This document shows, piece after piece, positions 1 through 12,332 of a stretch of DNA of 64,000 nt. The stretch comes from Malacoraja senta (Eukaryota): assembly GCA_038087875.1 (NCBI GenBank), contig JAXLNO010000546.1, forward strand, positions 62,001 through 126,000. The letters are read 5' to 3'. The position numbers were made by a program, and so were the translations under genes. The notes under the pieces are model-generated. The model was not told where the DNA came from. It saw only the letters and a program-made list of their open reading frames with translations, and made no database searches. The first letter of the stretch is position 1, and each line of letters begins with the position of its first letter.

Positions 1-594
1 CCTACACTCACGTAGACTCTTCTGTCGTTGACCTCCGTTGTAAAGATTGAGAACTCACATACTTACTCCCATCGCAGCTCGATAATTGTGCTTTCTCCAG
101 ATGAACAGACACGTTGACAAACAGATTCGTCATTGGATTTGCTCAGCCATTTATTTTTTCCATTTATGGAATAAATCGGGCAAATGAACCAAAACAACGA
201 GTAAATAAATACAGCGAAGGAATAACGTCATTTCAGTGGTCTAAAATTACAAGCATTCTTCATTTCGTAACGTCGACTGTCCATTTTCTGCACACATGCT
301 GCCTGACACACTTAATCAAACGTTATCTCGTCAACCACCCCATCGGGAATGAATATTCATGAAAAGATGATATGCACGGCACGAGATACCCCTGCCCATA
401 AACATACACGCACATGGACGCACAAACACACACTCACACAGTTGGTCAAAGAATGCCTGTGTATGGCACTAGCTGTATCAATCGCCATCCGTTCCCCTTG
501 GGATTGGTCGCATGTGTCTTCGCTGAGTTCCATGAGTTCAGCATAGTGCGCTCTCTATGAGGTTCGATCATCTTCCCTTAAATAATTAGAGCTA

Positions 595-1010
595 TGGAAT
601 CATAGTCATTGAGTATTTCCTCGTGGATATACGGTATATGGCCCAACTGCCCAGATCGGCCAACATGGCCCGCTACACTCGTCCCACCTAACTGCATGTG
701 GCCCATATCCCTCTAAACATGTTCTATCCTTGTACCTGTGTAAATATTTCTTAATCTTTGCCATTTTACCTGCCTCAACGATCTTCTCTGGCAACTCTTT
801 CCATACAACAACCAACATTTGCGTGAAACGTTATCCGTCAGGTTCGCATTAAACCTTTCCTTCCTCTCCTTAATCCTTTGTTTTGTACACCTCAAATATA
901 TAAATTCGCTTCCCCCTGCGCTCCAAGCAAGAGTCCATGCTTGCACAACCTATTCCCATAGCTCAGGCCTTCATGTCCTGGCAACATCCTCGTAAATCTT
1001 CTCTGCATCC
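595..1010 (-). mobile_element. Degenerate CR1 LINE 3' fragment
   Basis: ORF 606-818 resembles the CR1 ORF2 C-terminus (VWKELPEKIVEAG...LEGYGP). Paralogues near 32230-32446 and 42945-43360. Confidence 0.8.
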
Positions 1011-1184
1011 ATTCTTCAGCCTTCTTCTTTCGCGGAGTTTGAGCTCTCGAAAAATACGTTGATTTGCTACGGCCCTGATTGAATTCTCTTTGTCTGCTGT
1101 CGAGGTTGTTTATTACTGATCACTTCTTATCTTGGCCACTCAAGTAATACAGTGAGAGTCACGACTGATCACTTGGAATGTAAT

Positions 1185-1400
1185 GCGCTTGGAGGAAACT
1201 CCAATTTCTTTTGTTGGAGGGTGGTGAATGTCGAATTCATTGCCACAGAAGGTTGTAAGGGGGGCAAGTCAATTCATATTTTTAGGGCGGAGATTGGTAT
1301 ATTTTGATTGTACGGATTCAGGAGTTATTGGTAGAAGGCAGAAGAATGAGTTTGAAGGCGAAAGATAAATCAGCCACGATCGAATGGCGGAATAACCTTG
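1185..1400 (+). mobile_element. Degenerate CR1 LINE 3' fragment
   Basis: TTTCTTTT...AGGGTGGTGAAT...AATTCATTGCCACAGAAGG...TCAGCCACGATCGAATGGCGG matches the CR1 3' ends elsewhere in the window. Confidence 0.7.
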
Positions 1401-1666
1401 AATTTCTCATCACATCAATTTATCAACATGAAAACTTTGAATGGAGTCATGTTAAATATAAGGACGCAGCGTACACATTTATTTTATACTAGACTAAGTG
1501 GGACCCGTTGGGTCCCATGTTCACACGAGAGGGCTGGTCCCCCAATGCTTCGCCAATTACACCTTTCCGCCATTTCCAATATTGATGGCCAGTGGGGGGG
1601 GGGGGGTTCTGGAGCGCTGGTATGTGTGTTGTGGGCTGGTTTACAGAGGGCTAATATGGACATTGT

Positions 1667-2150
1667 CAAGTCAAGTCACATTTATTTATATAGCACATTT
1701 AAAAAACAACTCTCGTTGGCCAAAGTGCTTTACATTTGTTATAAGAATAGCATAAACAAAATAAACAACAAACATACATACATGTAGCCGTCACTCAGAA
1801 GACGTCAGGAAAGGGTTGGGAGTATACATAAGTCTTTAGTCTTGACTCAAAAGAGTCGATGGAGGGGGCAGTTCTGATGGGAAAGGCGATGCTGTTCAAC
1901 AGTCTAGGGGATGCAACCGCAAAGGCGCGGTCGCCCCTGAGCTTTTGCCAAGACGGTGGAATATTCAGGAACCCCAAGTCGGCCGATCTGAGGGCCTGGA
2001 GGTGGAGTGGTGGGTGAGAAGACTTTTTGTGTAGGTGGGGGCAAGCCCATTGAGGGATTTGTAGACATGGAGGAGGATCTTGAAGTTTATACGGAACCGC
2101 ACAGGGAGCCAGTGGAGAGAGGCCAGGATCGGGGTGATGTGGCCCCTTTT
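1667..2150 (-). mobile_element. L2 LINE 3' fragment inserted in the Helitron
   Basis: RGDRAFAVASPRLLNS...FESRLKTY (ORF 1795-2190); (GACTT)n tail; TTGT on both flanks (1663-1666, 2151-2154); absent from the paralogue near 44000. Confidence 0.9.
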
Positions 2151-2540
2151 TTGTGGGCCGAATGGATTCGTGGGCTGGCAGCTCAGTCACTCAAGCCTGG
2201 TGGGCTGGGAGTTGAGTCATGGCTATTCCTTGAAATTCCATTTCCAGCAGAGAGCAGGCCACCAAATTCAAATGAAGTTTCCTCCCATTTCAAGCAGGGT
2301 GCAAGGCCACCAAATTCAAAAGCTGTTTCACACCATTTCAAACAGGGTGCAAGGCCACCAAATTCAAAAGCATTTTCATACCATTTCAAGCAGGTTGCAA
2401 GGCCACTAAGGTGACCTCTCCCTCCCCAATCTCACGGAAACTGAGCCACGCCCACACTTCTGGCTTTATAGTCCCTCCCCCCTCCCCACCGGAAGGGGTA
2501 TGGCCATGGTGGTGATTGACAGGAGGTAGAATCTCAACAT

Positions 2541-4755
2541 AGAAACATAGAAACATAGAAAATAGGTGCAGGAGTAGGCCATGCGGCCCTTCGAGCCTGC
2601 ACCGCCATTCAATATGATCATGGCTGATCATCCAACTCAGTATCCTGTACCTGCTTTCTCTCCATACCCCCTGATCCCTTTAGCTACAAGGGCCACATCT
2701 AACTCCCTCTTAAATATAGCCAATGAACTGGCCTCGACTACCCTCTGTGGCAGAGAGTTCCAGAGATTCACCACTCTCTGTGTGAAAAAAGTTCTTCTCA
2801 TCTCGGTTTTAAAGGATTTCCCCCTTATTCTTAAGCTGTGACCCCTTGTCCTGGACTTCACCAACATCGGGAGCAATCTTCCTGCATCTAGCCTGTCCAA
2901 CCCCTTAAGAATTTTGTAAGTTTCTATAAGATCCCCTCTCAATCTCCTAAATTCTAGAGAGTATAAACCAAGTCTATCCAGTCTTTCTTCATAAGACAGT
3001 CCTGACATCCCAGGAATCAGTCTGGTGAACTTTCTCTGCACTCCCTCTATGGCAATAATGTCCTTCCTCAGATTTGGAGACCAAAACTGTACGCAATACT
3101 CCAGGTGTGGTCTCACCAAGACCCTGTACAACTGCAGTAGAACCTCCCTGCTCCTATACTCAAATTGTTTTGCTATGAAAGCTAACATACCATTCGCTTT
3201 CTTCACTGCCTGCTGCACCTTCATGCCTACTTTCAATGACTGGTGTAGCATGACAGCCAGGTCTCGCTGCATCTCCCCTTTTCGTAGTCGTCCACCATTT
3301 AGATAATATTCTGCTTTCCTGTTTTTGCCACCAAAATGGATAACCTCACATTTATCCACATTATACTGCATCTGCCAAACATTTTCCCACTCACCCAGCC
3401 TATCCAAGTCACCTTGAAGTCTGCTAGCATCCTCCTCACAGCTAACACTGCCCCCCAGCTTAGTGTCATCTGCAAACTTGGAGATATTGCCTTCAATTCC
3501 CTCATCCACATCATTAATATATATTGTAAATAGCTGGGGTCCCAGCACTGATCCTTGCGGTACCCCACTAGTCACTGCCTGCCATTGTGAAAAGGACCCG
3601 TTTACTCCTACACTTTGCTTCCTGTTTGCCAGCCAGTTCTCTATCCACATCAATACTGAACCCCCAATGCCATGTGCTTTAAGTTTGTATACTAATCACT
3701 TATGTGGGACCTTGTCGAAAGCCTTCTGGAAGTCCAGATACACCACATCCACTGGTTATCCCCTATCCACGCTACTACTTACATCCTCGAAAAATTCTAT
3801 AAGATTCGTCAGACATGATTTACCTTTCGTAAATCCATGCTGACTTTATCCAATGATTTCACCACTTTCCAAATGTGCTGCTATCCCATCTTTAATAACT
3901 GACTCTTGCAGTTTCCCCACTACCGATGTTAGACTAACTGGTCTGTAATTCCCCGTTTTCTCTCTCCCTCCCTTCTTAAAAAGTGGGGTTACGTTTGCTA
4001 CCCGCCAATCCTCAGGAACTACTCCAGAATCTAAAGAGTTTTGAAAGATTATTACTAATGCATCCATTATTTCTGGAGCTACTTCCTTAATTACTCTGGG
4101 ATGCAGCCCATCTGGCCCTGGGGATTTATCGGCCTTTAATCCATTCAATTTACCCAACACCACTTCCCGACTAAACTGAATTTCACTCAATTCCTCCAAC
4201 TCCTTTGACCCGCGGTCCCCTGCTATTTCCCGCAGATTATTTATGTCTTCCTTAGTGAAGACGGAACCAAAGTAATTATTCAATTGGTCCGCCATATCCT
4301 TGTACCCCATGATCAACACCTGTTTCTGACTGCAAGGGACCTACATTTGATTTAACTATCTCTTTCTTTTCACATATCTATAAAAACGTTTGCAATCAGT
4401 TTTTATGTTCCCTGCCAGTTTTCTTTCATAATCTATTTTTCCTTTCCTAATTAAGCCCTTTGCCCTCCTCTGCTGGTCTCTGAATTTCTCCCAGTCCTCC
4501 GGTATGCTGCTTTTTCTGGCTAATTTGTACGCATCATCCTTCGCTTTGATACCATCCCTGATTTCCCTTGTTATCCACGGATGCACTACCTTCCCTGATT
4601 TATTCTTTTGCCAAACTGGGATGAACAATTTTTGTAGTTCATCCATGGAGTCTTTAAATGTCTTCCATTGCATATCCACCGTCAACCCTTTTAGAATTAA
4701 TTGCCAGTCAATCTTGGCCAATTCACGTCTCATACCCTCAAAGTTACCTTTCTTT
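2541..4755 (-). mobile_element. 5'-truncated CR1 LINE inserted in the Helitron
   Basis: ORF2 pieces 4356-4850, 3846-4319 and 2637-3653; (TTTCTATG)n tail; AACAT duplicated at 2536-2540 and 4756-4760; empty site near 44390. Confidence 0.95.
2637..3653 (-). pseudogene. CR1 ORF2 reverse transcriptase, C-terminal part (upstream part broken by indels)
   Basis: GVPQGSVLGP, KFADDTKL and [15 protein letters not shown] motifs. Confidence 0.92.
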
Positions 4756-5762
4756 AACATTTTTGAAACACATATATCTTTTATTTTTAAACAATGGGAA
4801 AAAACGTCTTGTCCTGCGCTGCGGAGGGGGGCTCTGAGTAACATGGCCAAAAATCACAGCCGTAAGTATAGCGTTTTTTCTAATATCAATATGCAGTCCA
4901 AACAGGAAGTGGTCAAGATGACACTTTTAATTATATAGATATTCAATCACTTCTTGACAAGCCTTCATTGCGGTTATGGTCTGATGGAACATATTCTTGC
5001 AATAATACTTGTATATGTCAGACCTGGGGTTTAGATAACGCACTACTTCGTGATCAGCTTGGCCACGTTTCCTATGTTTTATACCTACCTGTTGTAAAGA
5101 ACCGCTAGGCCACATTAGAATATCTGAAGTACAGAGGCACATTGTTAGACACGTACAAAGATGCGTGGTCGAGATGCATGTAGCGAAATCTGATATGGAA
5201 TTCTGGCATGTATTTGTGTATACGCAGGTAGTATTTGATGCAATGATATATAATATGAACCAGGTTTCAGCCTAAATTTAGTGCCCATCATAGTGTAGGA
5301 ATAGGTGGTAGCATCGGAAAGGGTGCAATATGTTGTTGGAATGGACTGCTTCACTGTTGATGAGAGACGAGAGCAGTTAATTTTTATTACACCGAAGTTT
5401 AAGTGTGAACATGAATGGGATGTTCAATGTAATGGTAGGTAGACTCTATTGCTCAGCGGTAAACAATTCACCAAGTAGCAGTTCGGCAGTTAAGAGATCG
5501 GATCTACGGTAGAAGCTTTTCACCCAGGGAGTAGTGATTACATAGAAAATAAGGTTGGATGAAGTGATGGAAGCGGATTCGCTTGCATAATTTAACAAGT
5601 ACCATGAAAAGCGCCAGAATAATCTAAGCACAGAAACCCACGGGCCAAATACTGCACGATATTATTAATACGTCCAGTGACTGGACAAGTATCGACCTAA
5701 TTCTCATTCTTTCTGACAGCCACGTGTCTGTGTCTCATTATGCAGAGCATTGTTTATCTGTT

Positions 5763-6500
5763 CGAGTTCGAGTTCACGTTTATTATCATGCACCAATTAA
5801 GGGACAGTGATATTTGATTTACCATACAGCCATACTAAGTGAAAAGCAACAATACACACAGCCACATAAAAATACAATTTAACATAAACATCCACCGCAA
5901 TGGAATCAGCATTCCTCATTGTGATGGAAGGCAATGAAGTTCAGCCATTTTCTTCTTTTGGTCACCCGTGGTCGGGGCTGAACCCTCCGCAGTTCGCCGC
6001 TGCCGACGATCCGATGTCCAAGCACTCGCGTCGGAATGATCGAAACTCCGGTTTCGGGACGGATCAGAACACTCCGCATCTGGGAGCTCCAGAGTCGGCC
6101 ATTTCTTACCCGAGACCGCTGCTTCACGGTGTTAAAGTACACAGACACCGCAGTCGGAGCTCTTTTGCTGTCGTTCCTCGGCAACGGATCGCAGGCTCCG
6201 CGATGGTAATTCCGCACCACGCCTGCAGCTTGAAGCTCCGGGCCGGTCTTCAGGAAAGGCCACATCACTCACGTTGTTAGGCTGCAAGGGTGAGGGGCGG
6301 AGATACCTCATGGCGAAAAATCGCATCTCCGTCGACATAACTGACGGAACAATGTTTCCCCTGAGCCCCCCCCCCCCCCCACATTAAACAAACCAAGAAA
6401 CACTGAATCATACTTTTAAAATATACTTACAATAATAAAAACAGAGAGGGACTGACAGATTGTTGGCGAGGCAGCTACCGCGGTGGCGCCACCCGATGGA
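5763..6500 (-). mobile_element. Non-coding SINE-like / non-autonomous non-LTR retroelement
   Basis: 7-bp TSD ATCTGTT (5756-5762, 6501-6507); empty site near 38337; AATAAA followed by a (GAACTC)n tail; related copies at 28224, 39321, 45402 and 50978. Confidence 0.85.
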
Positions 6501-6774
6501 ATCTGTTAACAAGGACTGGCGGTGTAGACTTCATCGGATTTTGGCACGACACCGAACTCCAATTGAGCGGAAAGTGTAAAACAGAACGTCCTCATTTTTT
6601 ATGCATCAGTGAGCAGAAATGAGGCATACATGATGACAACGCGTATATTGCCGACTGGAGACTGAGGCGCCCGATCATAGTGCATGAAAACCCTCAACTG
6701 AGGCAGACTGACCAGCAAACGTGCGTCAGAGAACAAATTACATTGTGTATCCCTCATTAACAAGGGATAAAGTA

Positions 6775-6865
6775 GATAGACACAAAATGCTGGAGTAACA
6801 ACGGGACAGGCAGCGTTTCTCGAGAGAAGGAATGTGTGACGTATGGGTCGAAACCCTTCTGCAGA
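6775..6865. mobile_element. Short Penelope-like terminal-repeat fragment
   Basis: AGACACAAAATGCTGGAGTAAC...GGCAGC...GACGT...GGGTCGAAACCCTTC. Related pieces near 35205, 41515 and 46405. Family assignment is from recall. Confidence 0.55.
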
Positions 6866-7049
6866 GTGATACAGCCGATATTGAGAAGCTATAAGACAAG
6901 AATTATTGCAGCTGGCACAAAAAAAATGTATTTCCACCCTTCATGTAGTTGCCAGTCAACCGAGAATATGCTCCCTTATTAGCAAATCGTCTGCAGCCTT
7001 TCTGATCGAACTGCCCCTCACTACGGTCTACGTTCACTGGAAAAATAAA

Positions 7050-9745
7050 AATATATAAAATAGCTGCAGGAAGAGGCCATTTGCAGCCAGCACCGCCAAC
7101 CATTGTGATCATGGCTGATCAACCACAATCAGTAACGCGTGACTGCCTTCTCCCCGTATCCCATGATTCCTGCTGCCTGCTGTACCTGCATGTTTACTTT
7201 CAGTGACTGGTGTACAAGGACACCCAGGTCTCGTTGCACTTCCCTTTATCCTAATTTGACAGCATTGAGATAATAATCTACCTCCTTGTTCTTGCCGGCA
7301 AAGTGGATAACCTCACATTTATTTACATTATATTGCATCTGCCATGCAACTGCCCACTCAGTCAAGTTGTCCAAGTAACCCTTCAACCTCCTTGCAGCCT
7401 CTCCGTAGTTCACACTGCTACCCATCCCTGTGTCATCTGCAAATGTGGTAGTGTTACTTTCAATCCCTTCACATAAATCATTAATACATATTGTAAATAG
7501 ATGCGGCCCCATCATTGAGCCTTTGGTAACTCCACTCGCCTATATAATATAACCATAACAGCACGGAAACAGGCCATCTCGGCTCTTCAAGTCCGTGCCG
7601 AACATTTTTTTAATTTTTTTTTTTTTTTTTAATTAAAAATAAATACTTCCCCCTAGTCCCATCTACCTGCACTCAGACCATAACCCTCCATTCCTTTCCC
7701 GTCCATATACCCATCCAATCTATTTTTAAAGGATAACATCGAACCTGCCTCCACCACTTCCACTGGAAGCTCATTCCACACAGCTACCACTCTCTGAGTA
7801 AAGAAGTTCCCCCTAATGTTCCCCCTAAACTTCTGTCCCTTAATTCTCAAGTCATGTCCCCTTGTTTGAATCTTCCCTACTCTCAACGGGAAAAGCTTAT
7901 CCACGTCCACTCTGTCTAACCCGCTCATAATTTTAAAGACCTCTATCAAGTCCCCTCTTAACCTTCTGCGCTCCAAAGAATAAAGACCTAACTTGTTCAA
8001 CCTTTCTCTGTAACTTAGTTGCTGAAACCCAGGCAACATTCTAGTAAATCTCCTCTGTACTCTCTCTATTTTGTTGACATGCTTCCTATAAATAGGCGAC
8101 CAAAATTGTACTCCATACTCCAGAATTGCCCTCACCAATGCCTTGTACAATTTTAACATTACATCCCAACTTCTATATTCAATGCTCTGATTTATATAGG
8201 CCAGCACACCAAAAGCTTTCTTTACCACCCTATCTAAATGAGATTCCACCTTCAGGGAACTATGCACAGTTATTCCTAGATCCCTCTGTTCAACTGCATT
8301 CCTCAATTCGCTACCATTTACCGTGTACGTCCTATTTTGATTTGTCCTGCCGAGATGTAGCACCTCACATTTGTCAGCATTAAACTCCATCTGCCATCTT
8401 TCAGCCCACTCTTCCAAATGGCCTAAATCTCTCTGTAGACTTTGAAAATCTACTTCATTATCCACAACACCACATATCTTAGTATCATCTGCATACTTAC
8501 TAATCCAATTTTCCACACCATCATCCAGATCATTGATGTACATGACAAACAACAGTGGACCCAACACAGACCCCTGAGGCACCCCACTAGTCACCGGCCT
8601 CCAACCTGACAAACAGCCATCCACCATTACTCTCTGACATTCTGACAGGGACCCGTTTATTCCTACTCTTTGTTTCCTGTTTGCCAACAAATCGTCGGTC
8701 CATGTCAATACCCTACCCCCAATACCATGTGCTCTAATATTGCCTACTAATCTCCTATGTGGGCCCTTATAAAAGGCTTTCTGAAAGACAGATATACTAC
8801 ATCCACTCGCTCTCCTTCATCCATTTTACTTGTTACATCCTTAAAAAATTCCAGAAGAGCAGTTAAGCAGGATTTGCCTTTCATAAATCCATGCTGATCT
8901 GGATCAATCCTTTTACTGCTCTCCAAATGCGTCATTATAACTTCTTTAACAATTGACCCCAACATCTTACCCACCACCGGTGTCAGGCTAACTGGTCTAT
9001 AATTGCTTGTTTTTTCTCTCGCTCATTTCTTCAAAATTGTATTAGTGTATCCTTACCTTTACTATTCCTCAATTCTATCCACAGCGACTCTACATCATCA
9101 GTTGCTATGTCACTCCTCACAAGGGACTGAATTTCATCCCTCACCAACAGTTACCCCACCCCTCTGCCCACCTTCCAGTCTTTTCTATAGCACGTATAAT
9201 CCTGAATATTCATTTATCAGTCCCGATCCTCCTGCAGCCTTGTCTCTGTACAATGTCATATCTTCCAATCTCTGACTGAGCCTCAAGATCATCCACTTTA
9301 CTTCTTAGACTTCGTGCATTCATGTACAATAATTTTAATCCATTACTCACCTCACCTTTCACATCGAATCCTATTTGGCTTTGCCAAACTCTCCCATCTC
9401 CTAGTAAACTTTCTACCCCTTTATTTCTGTGTATTTCTTAACTTTCCCTAAACTCTCTTTCCCTTATTTCCCTATCTCCATGTTCCTACCCTCGGCCGCA
9501 GGAGCAACGAGAAGCAAACCGGAGATATGCATATAGGAGGTCCTGCTTTTCAGTCTTCGTTCGAGCTCTCTATAGTCACGCTGCAGAATATCTTTCCTCT
9601 TCTTCCCGATGTTATTTGTGCAGACATGCACTACCACTTTCGGCTGCTCACCATCACGCTTGAGGATGCTCTGCAATCATTCCATTATGTCCTGGATCCT
9701 CACTTATGGGAGGCAACACGCCATCCCATAATCCCGCCAAAGAAC
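7050..9745 (-). mobile_element. Old, internally deleted CR1 (ORF1 esterase to ORF2), interrupted by a younger CR1
   Basis: ORF1-like QPKVVVHVCTNNIG (9464-9676); RT pieces 8747-8977 and 7246-7515; paralogue at 46680-48950. Confidence 0.88.
7541..8635 (-). mobile_element. Younger CR1 3' fragment nested in the older CR1
   Basis: Open RT frame (KYADDTK) to 7653; GTGCTGTTATGGTTATATT tail; absent from the paralogue near 47595. Confidence 0.92.
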
Positions 9746-9876
9746 CCCAGCTGCAGGGATTATAATAAACAAAAATATACAGCTTCATTCTGACTAGTGG
9801 GAGCAAGCATCCTCACTACATTTATCCAACTGCTTGTCTGTGATACGGAATGTATAGGATTTAGACGACAGAACAT

Positions 9877-9912
9877 TTCCGTGCTGTAATTGTTATATGG
9901 TTATATGGTTAT
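9877..9912 (+). mobile_element. Very short CR1 3'-tail insertion
   Basis: TTTCCGTGCTGTAATTGTTATATGGTTATATGGTT resembles the tail of the CR1 at 7541; missing from the paralogue near 38920. Confidence 0.7.
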
Positions 9913-10616
9913 TGCTGAATACGCGCGTTGCACCTGTATTAAACATTGGAAAATGTACCATCTCAATCAAGCATGATAAGCTGCAATGGAAGTTATATCA
10001 CATGACATCCAAGAAGAGCCATCCGAATCGATAAAGAATTATTCTCATAGATGGAAGCAGGGAGAGGTAGTGGAAGTTTCATTTTCGGTCTTGAGGTTTG
10101 TGTCTCGCGTATAGGTGCTTGGCCTACTGCTGCTTGTGATTTATATCAGCAATATTGTTGAGAATGTCAATAGCAGGACAGTACTTTTGCAGAAGATGCA
10201 AGAGTTCATGGTTTCGTAGGTAGCGAACATGTTTATCGAAAATTACCAAAATGGTCCTGATCCAATTTGGCAAGTGAGCTGAGCAATCATTTTATCTACA
10301 TTACTATTACTGGCCATCGTACTTAGAGATCCCCTGCGCTGCGCAGGACAAGAGGATTTCTTCCATCGATGAAAAATAAAAGAGTTATTAGTGTTTTAAA
10401 AATGTTTAGATTCTCTCTCCTGAATGCCATGCTCCTTCCGTAGGGACTATAAAACCCGGAAGTGTTGAGTGTCTCACTCAGCCTCTGCAAGATGGGGGAG
10501 CGAGAGGGTCACGTCTCTCAGTCTGAGCTGTAAACAACACTGAACACATGTCTACTTAACTGTGAGTGCGGTTTTACTTACCATGAGTGCCCTTAATACG
10601 GTTTGAAAATGGAAAT

Positions 10617-10778
10617 GGTTTGAAGGGAAGCACAGCAAATGGCTGTTGGTGGTGGTTGATTTGAAGTGAAACACTGCAAATGGCTGTTGGTGGTGGTTAG
10701 TTTGAAGTGAAGCACTGCACATGGCTGTTGGCGGTGGTTGGTTTGAAGTGAAGCACTGCAAATGGCTGTTGGTTGTGG
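10617..10778. repeat. About 4 copies of a 41-bp tandem repeat inside the Helitron
   Basis: Unit TTTGAAGTGAAGCACTGCAAATGGCTGTTGGTGGTGGTTGG. Confidence 0.85.
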
Positions 10779-11189
10779 AAACTTGACAACTTCCTGATTG
10801 CACTGTATATTGATTTTAGATAAAACGCTACCACTTATGGCTGGATTTTTGGCCATCTTACTCAGTCCCCCTCCGCTCATCAGCTGCAGTGGATTCTACC
10901 CATCAGTGAAAAATGAAAGTGCTATTAGTGTTTAAAACATTTTGGGAATCTCTCTCATGTCAATCGCGCCATGAAGCCCACGCCCATTCCGTAGGGAGCG
11001 GGGTCGATTATAAAACACGGAAGTGTGTGTGTGTGGCTTAGTCTCTGCAAGATGGGGAGGAAGAGGTCACGACAAGATGGGGTAGGAAAGGTCTGAGCTG
11101 TGAATCAACAGAACACACTGAATGTTTACTAAACTGTGTGTTGTGTTTTGTGGTGTTTTATGTGGTTTAATGGTAGTTTTATGGTGGTT

Positions 11190-11735
11190 TCACCCTGCTT
11201 GAAACGGTATAAAACGGCATTTAAATGTGGTAGCCTTGCACCCTGCACGAAATGGTATGAAACTGCATTTGAATTTGGTGGCGTTGCACCCTGCTTGAAG
11301 TGGTATGAAACTGCACTTGAATTTGGTGGCCTTCCACCCTGCTTGAAGTGGTACGAAACTGCACTTGCATTTGGTGGCCTTGCACCCTGCTTGAAGTGGA
11401 ACGAAACTGCACTTGAATTTGGTGGCCTTGCACCCTGCTTGAAGTGGTATGAAACTGCACTTGAATTTGATGACCTTGCGCTCTGCTTGAAATGGTATGA
11501 AGCAGCACTTGAATTTGGTGGCCTTGCACCCTGCTTGAAATGGCATGAAACCGCACTTGAGTTTGGTGGCCTTGCATCCTGCTTGAAGTGGTAGGAAACT
11601 GCACTTGAATTCGGTGGCCTTGCACCCTGCTTGAAGAGGTATGAAACTGCACTTGAATTTGTAGGCCTTGCACCCTGCTTGAAGTGGTTAGAAACTGCTT
11701 TTGAATTTGGCAGCCTTGCACCCTGCTTGAAATGG
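11190..11735. repeat. About 11 copies of a 48-bp minisatellite inside the Helitron
   Basis: Unit GGTGGCCTTGCACCCTGCTTGAAGTGGTATGAAACTGCACTTGAATTT; about 3-4 copies at 2230-2405 and 44090-44252. Confidence 0.92.
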
Positions 11736-12065
11736 AATTTCAAGGAATAGCCGTGAGTCAACTGCCAGCCCACCAGCCGTGAGTGAGTTGCCACCACATC
11801 AGGCTTGAGTGACTGAGCTGCCACCCCAAGAATTCATTTGGCCCACAATGTCCATATTAGCCCTCTGGAAACCAGTCCCTTCAGCCCGTACTACCAACAA
11901 CCATACTAGCCCTTCAGAAAGAACCCCGCCCTGGCCACTAATATTGGAATTGGTGGAGAGGTGGTATATTGCGTTGGGGACCCAGCCCTCCCGTGCGAAC
12001 ATGGAATCCAACGGATCCCACTTAATCTAGTAATTTATAAAACTCTGATCGTGGATGTGGATGTA

Positions 12066-12332
<267 letters not shown>

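Larger units (their letters stand above)
1489..4939 (-). mobile_element. Non-autonomous Helitron carrying nested L2 and CR1 insertions
   Basis: On the minus strand: A|TCTATATAATTAAAAG at the 5' end (4939); GGGACCC-AAC-GGGTCCC hairpin, then ACTTAGT-CTAG|T at the 3' end (1489). Lies between A and T with no TSD. Uninterrupted paralogue at 43827-44579. Confidence 0.9.
1..10039 (+). repeat. Segmental duplication, copy A (paralogous to 42377-49076)
   Basis: Position 1 aligns to 42377 (CCT[A/G]CACTCACGTAGACTCTTCTGTCGTTGACC). Colinear through the Helitron, the SINE-like element and the old CR1 to ATCGATAAAGAAT. Copy A has extra L2/CR1 insertions. Confidence 0.95.
10295..12030 (+). mobile_element. 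Inner non-autonomous Helitron, same family as 1489-4939
   Basis: A|TCTACATTACT at the 5' end; GGAATCC-AAC-GGATCCC-ACTTAAT-CTAG|T at the 3' end; internal sequence homologous to the 1489/43827 copies. Confidence 0.88.

Noticed and set aside
3025..4938. Plus-strand ORFs opposite the CR1 ORF2 (and similar antisense ORFs throughout)
   Set aside because: Antisense shadows of retroelement coding sequence.
11129..11824. 231-aa repetitive ORF and CRISPR-like periodicity
   Set aside because: Head-to-tail 48-bp minisatellite inside a Helitron, with no unique spacers or cas genes; several frames are open only because the unit is a multiple of 3.
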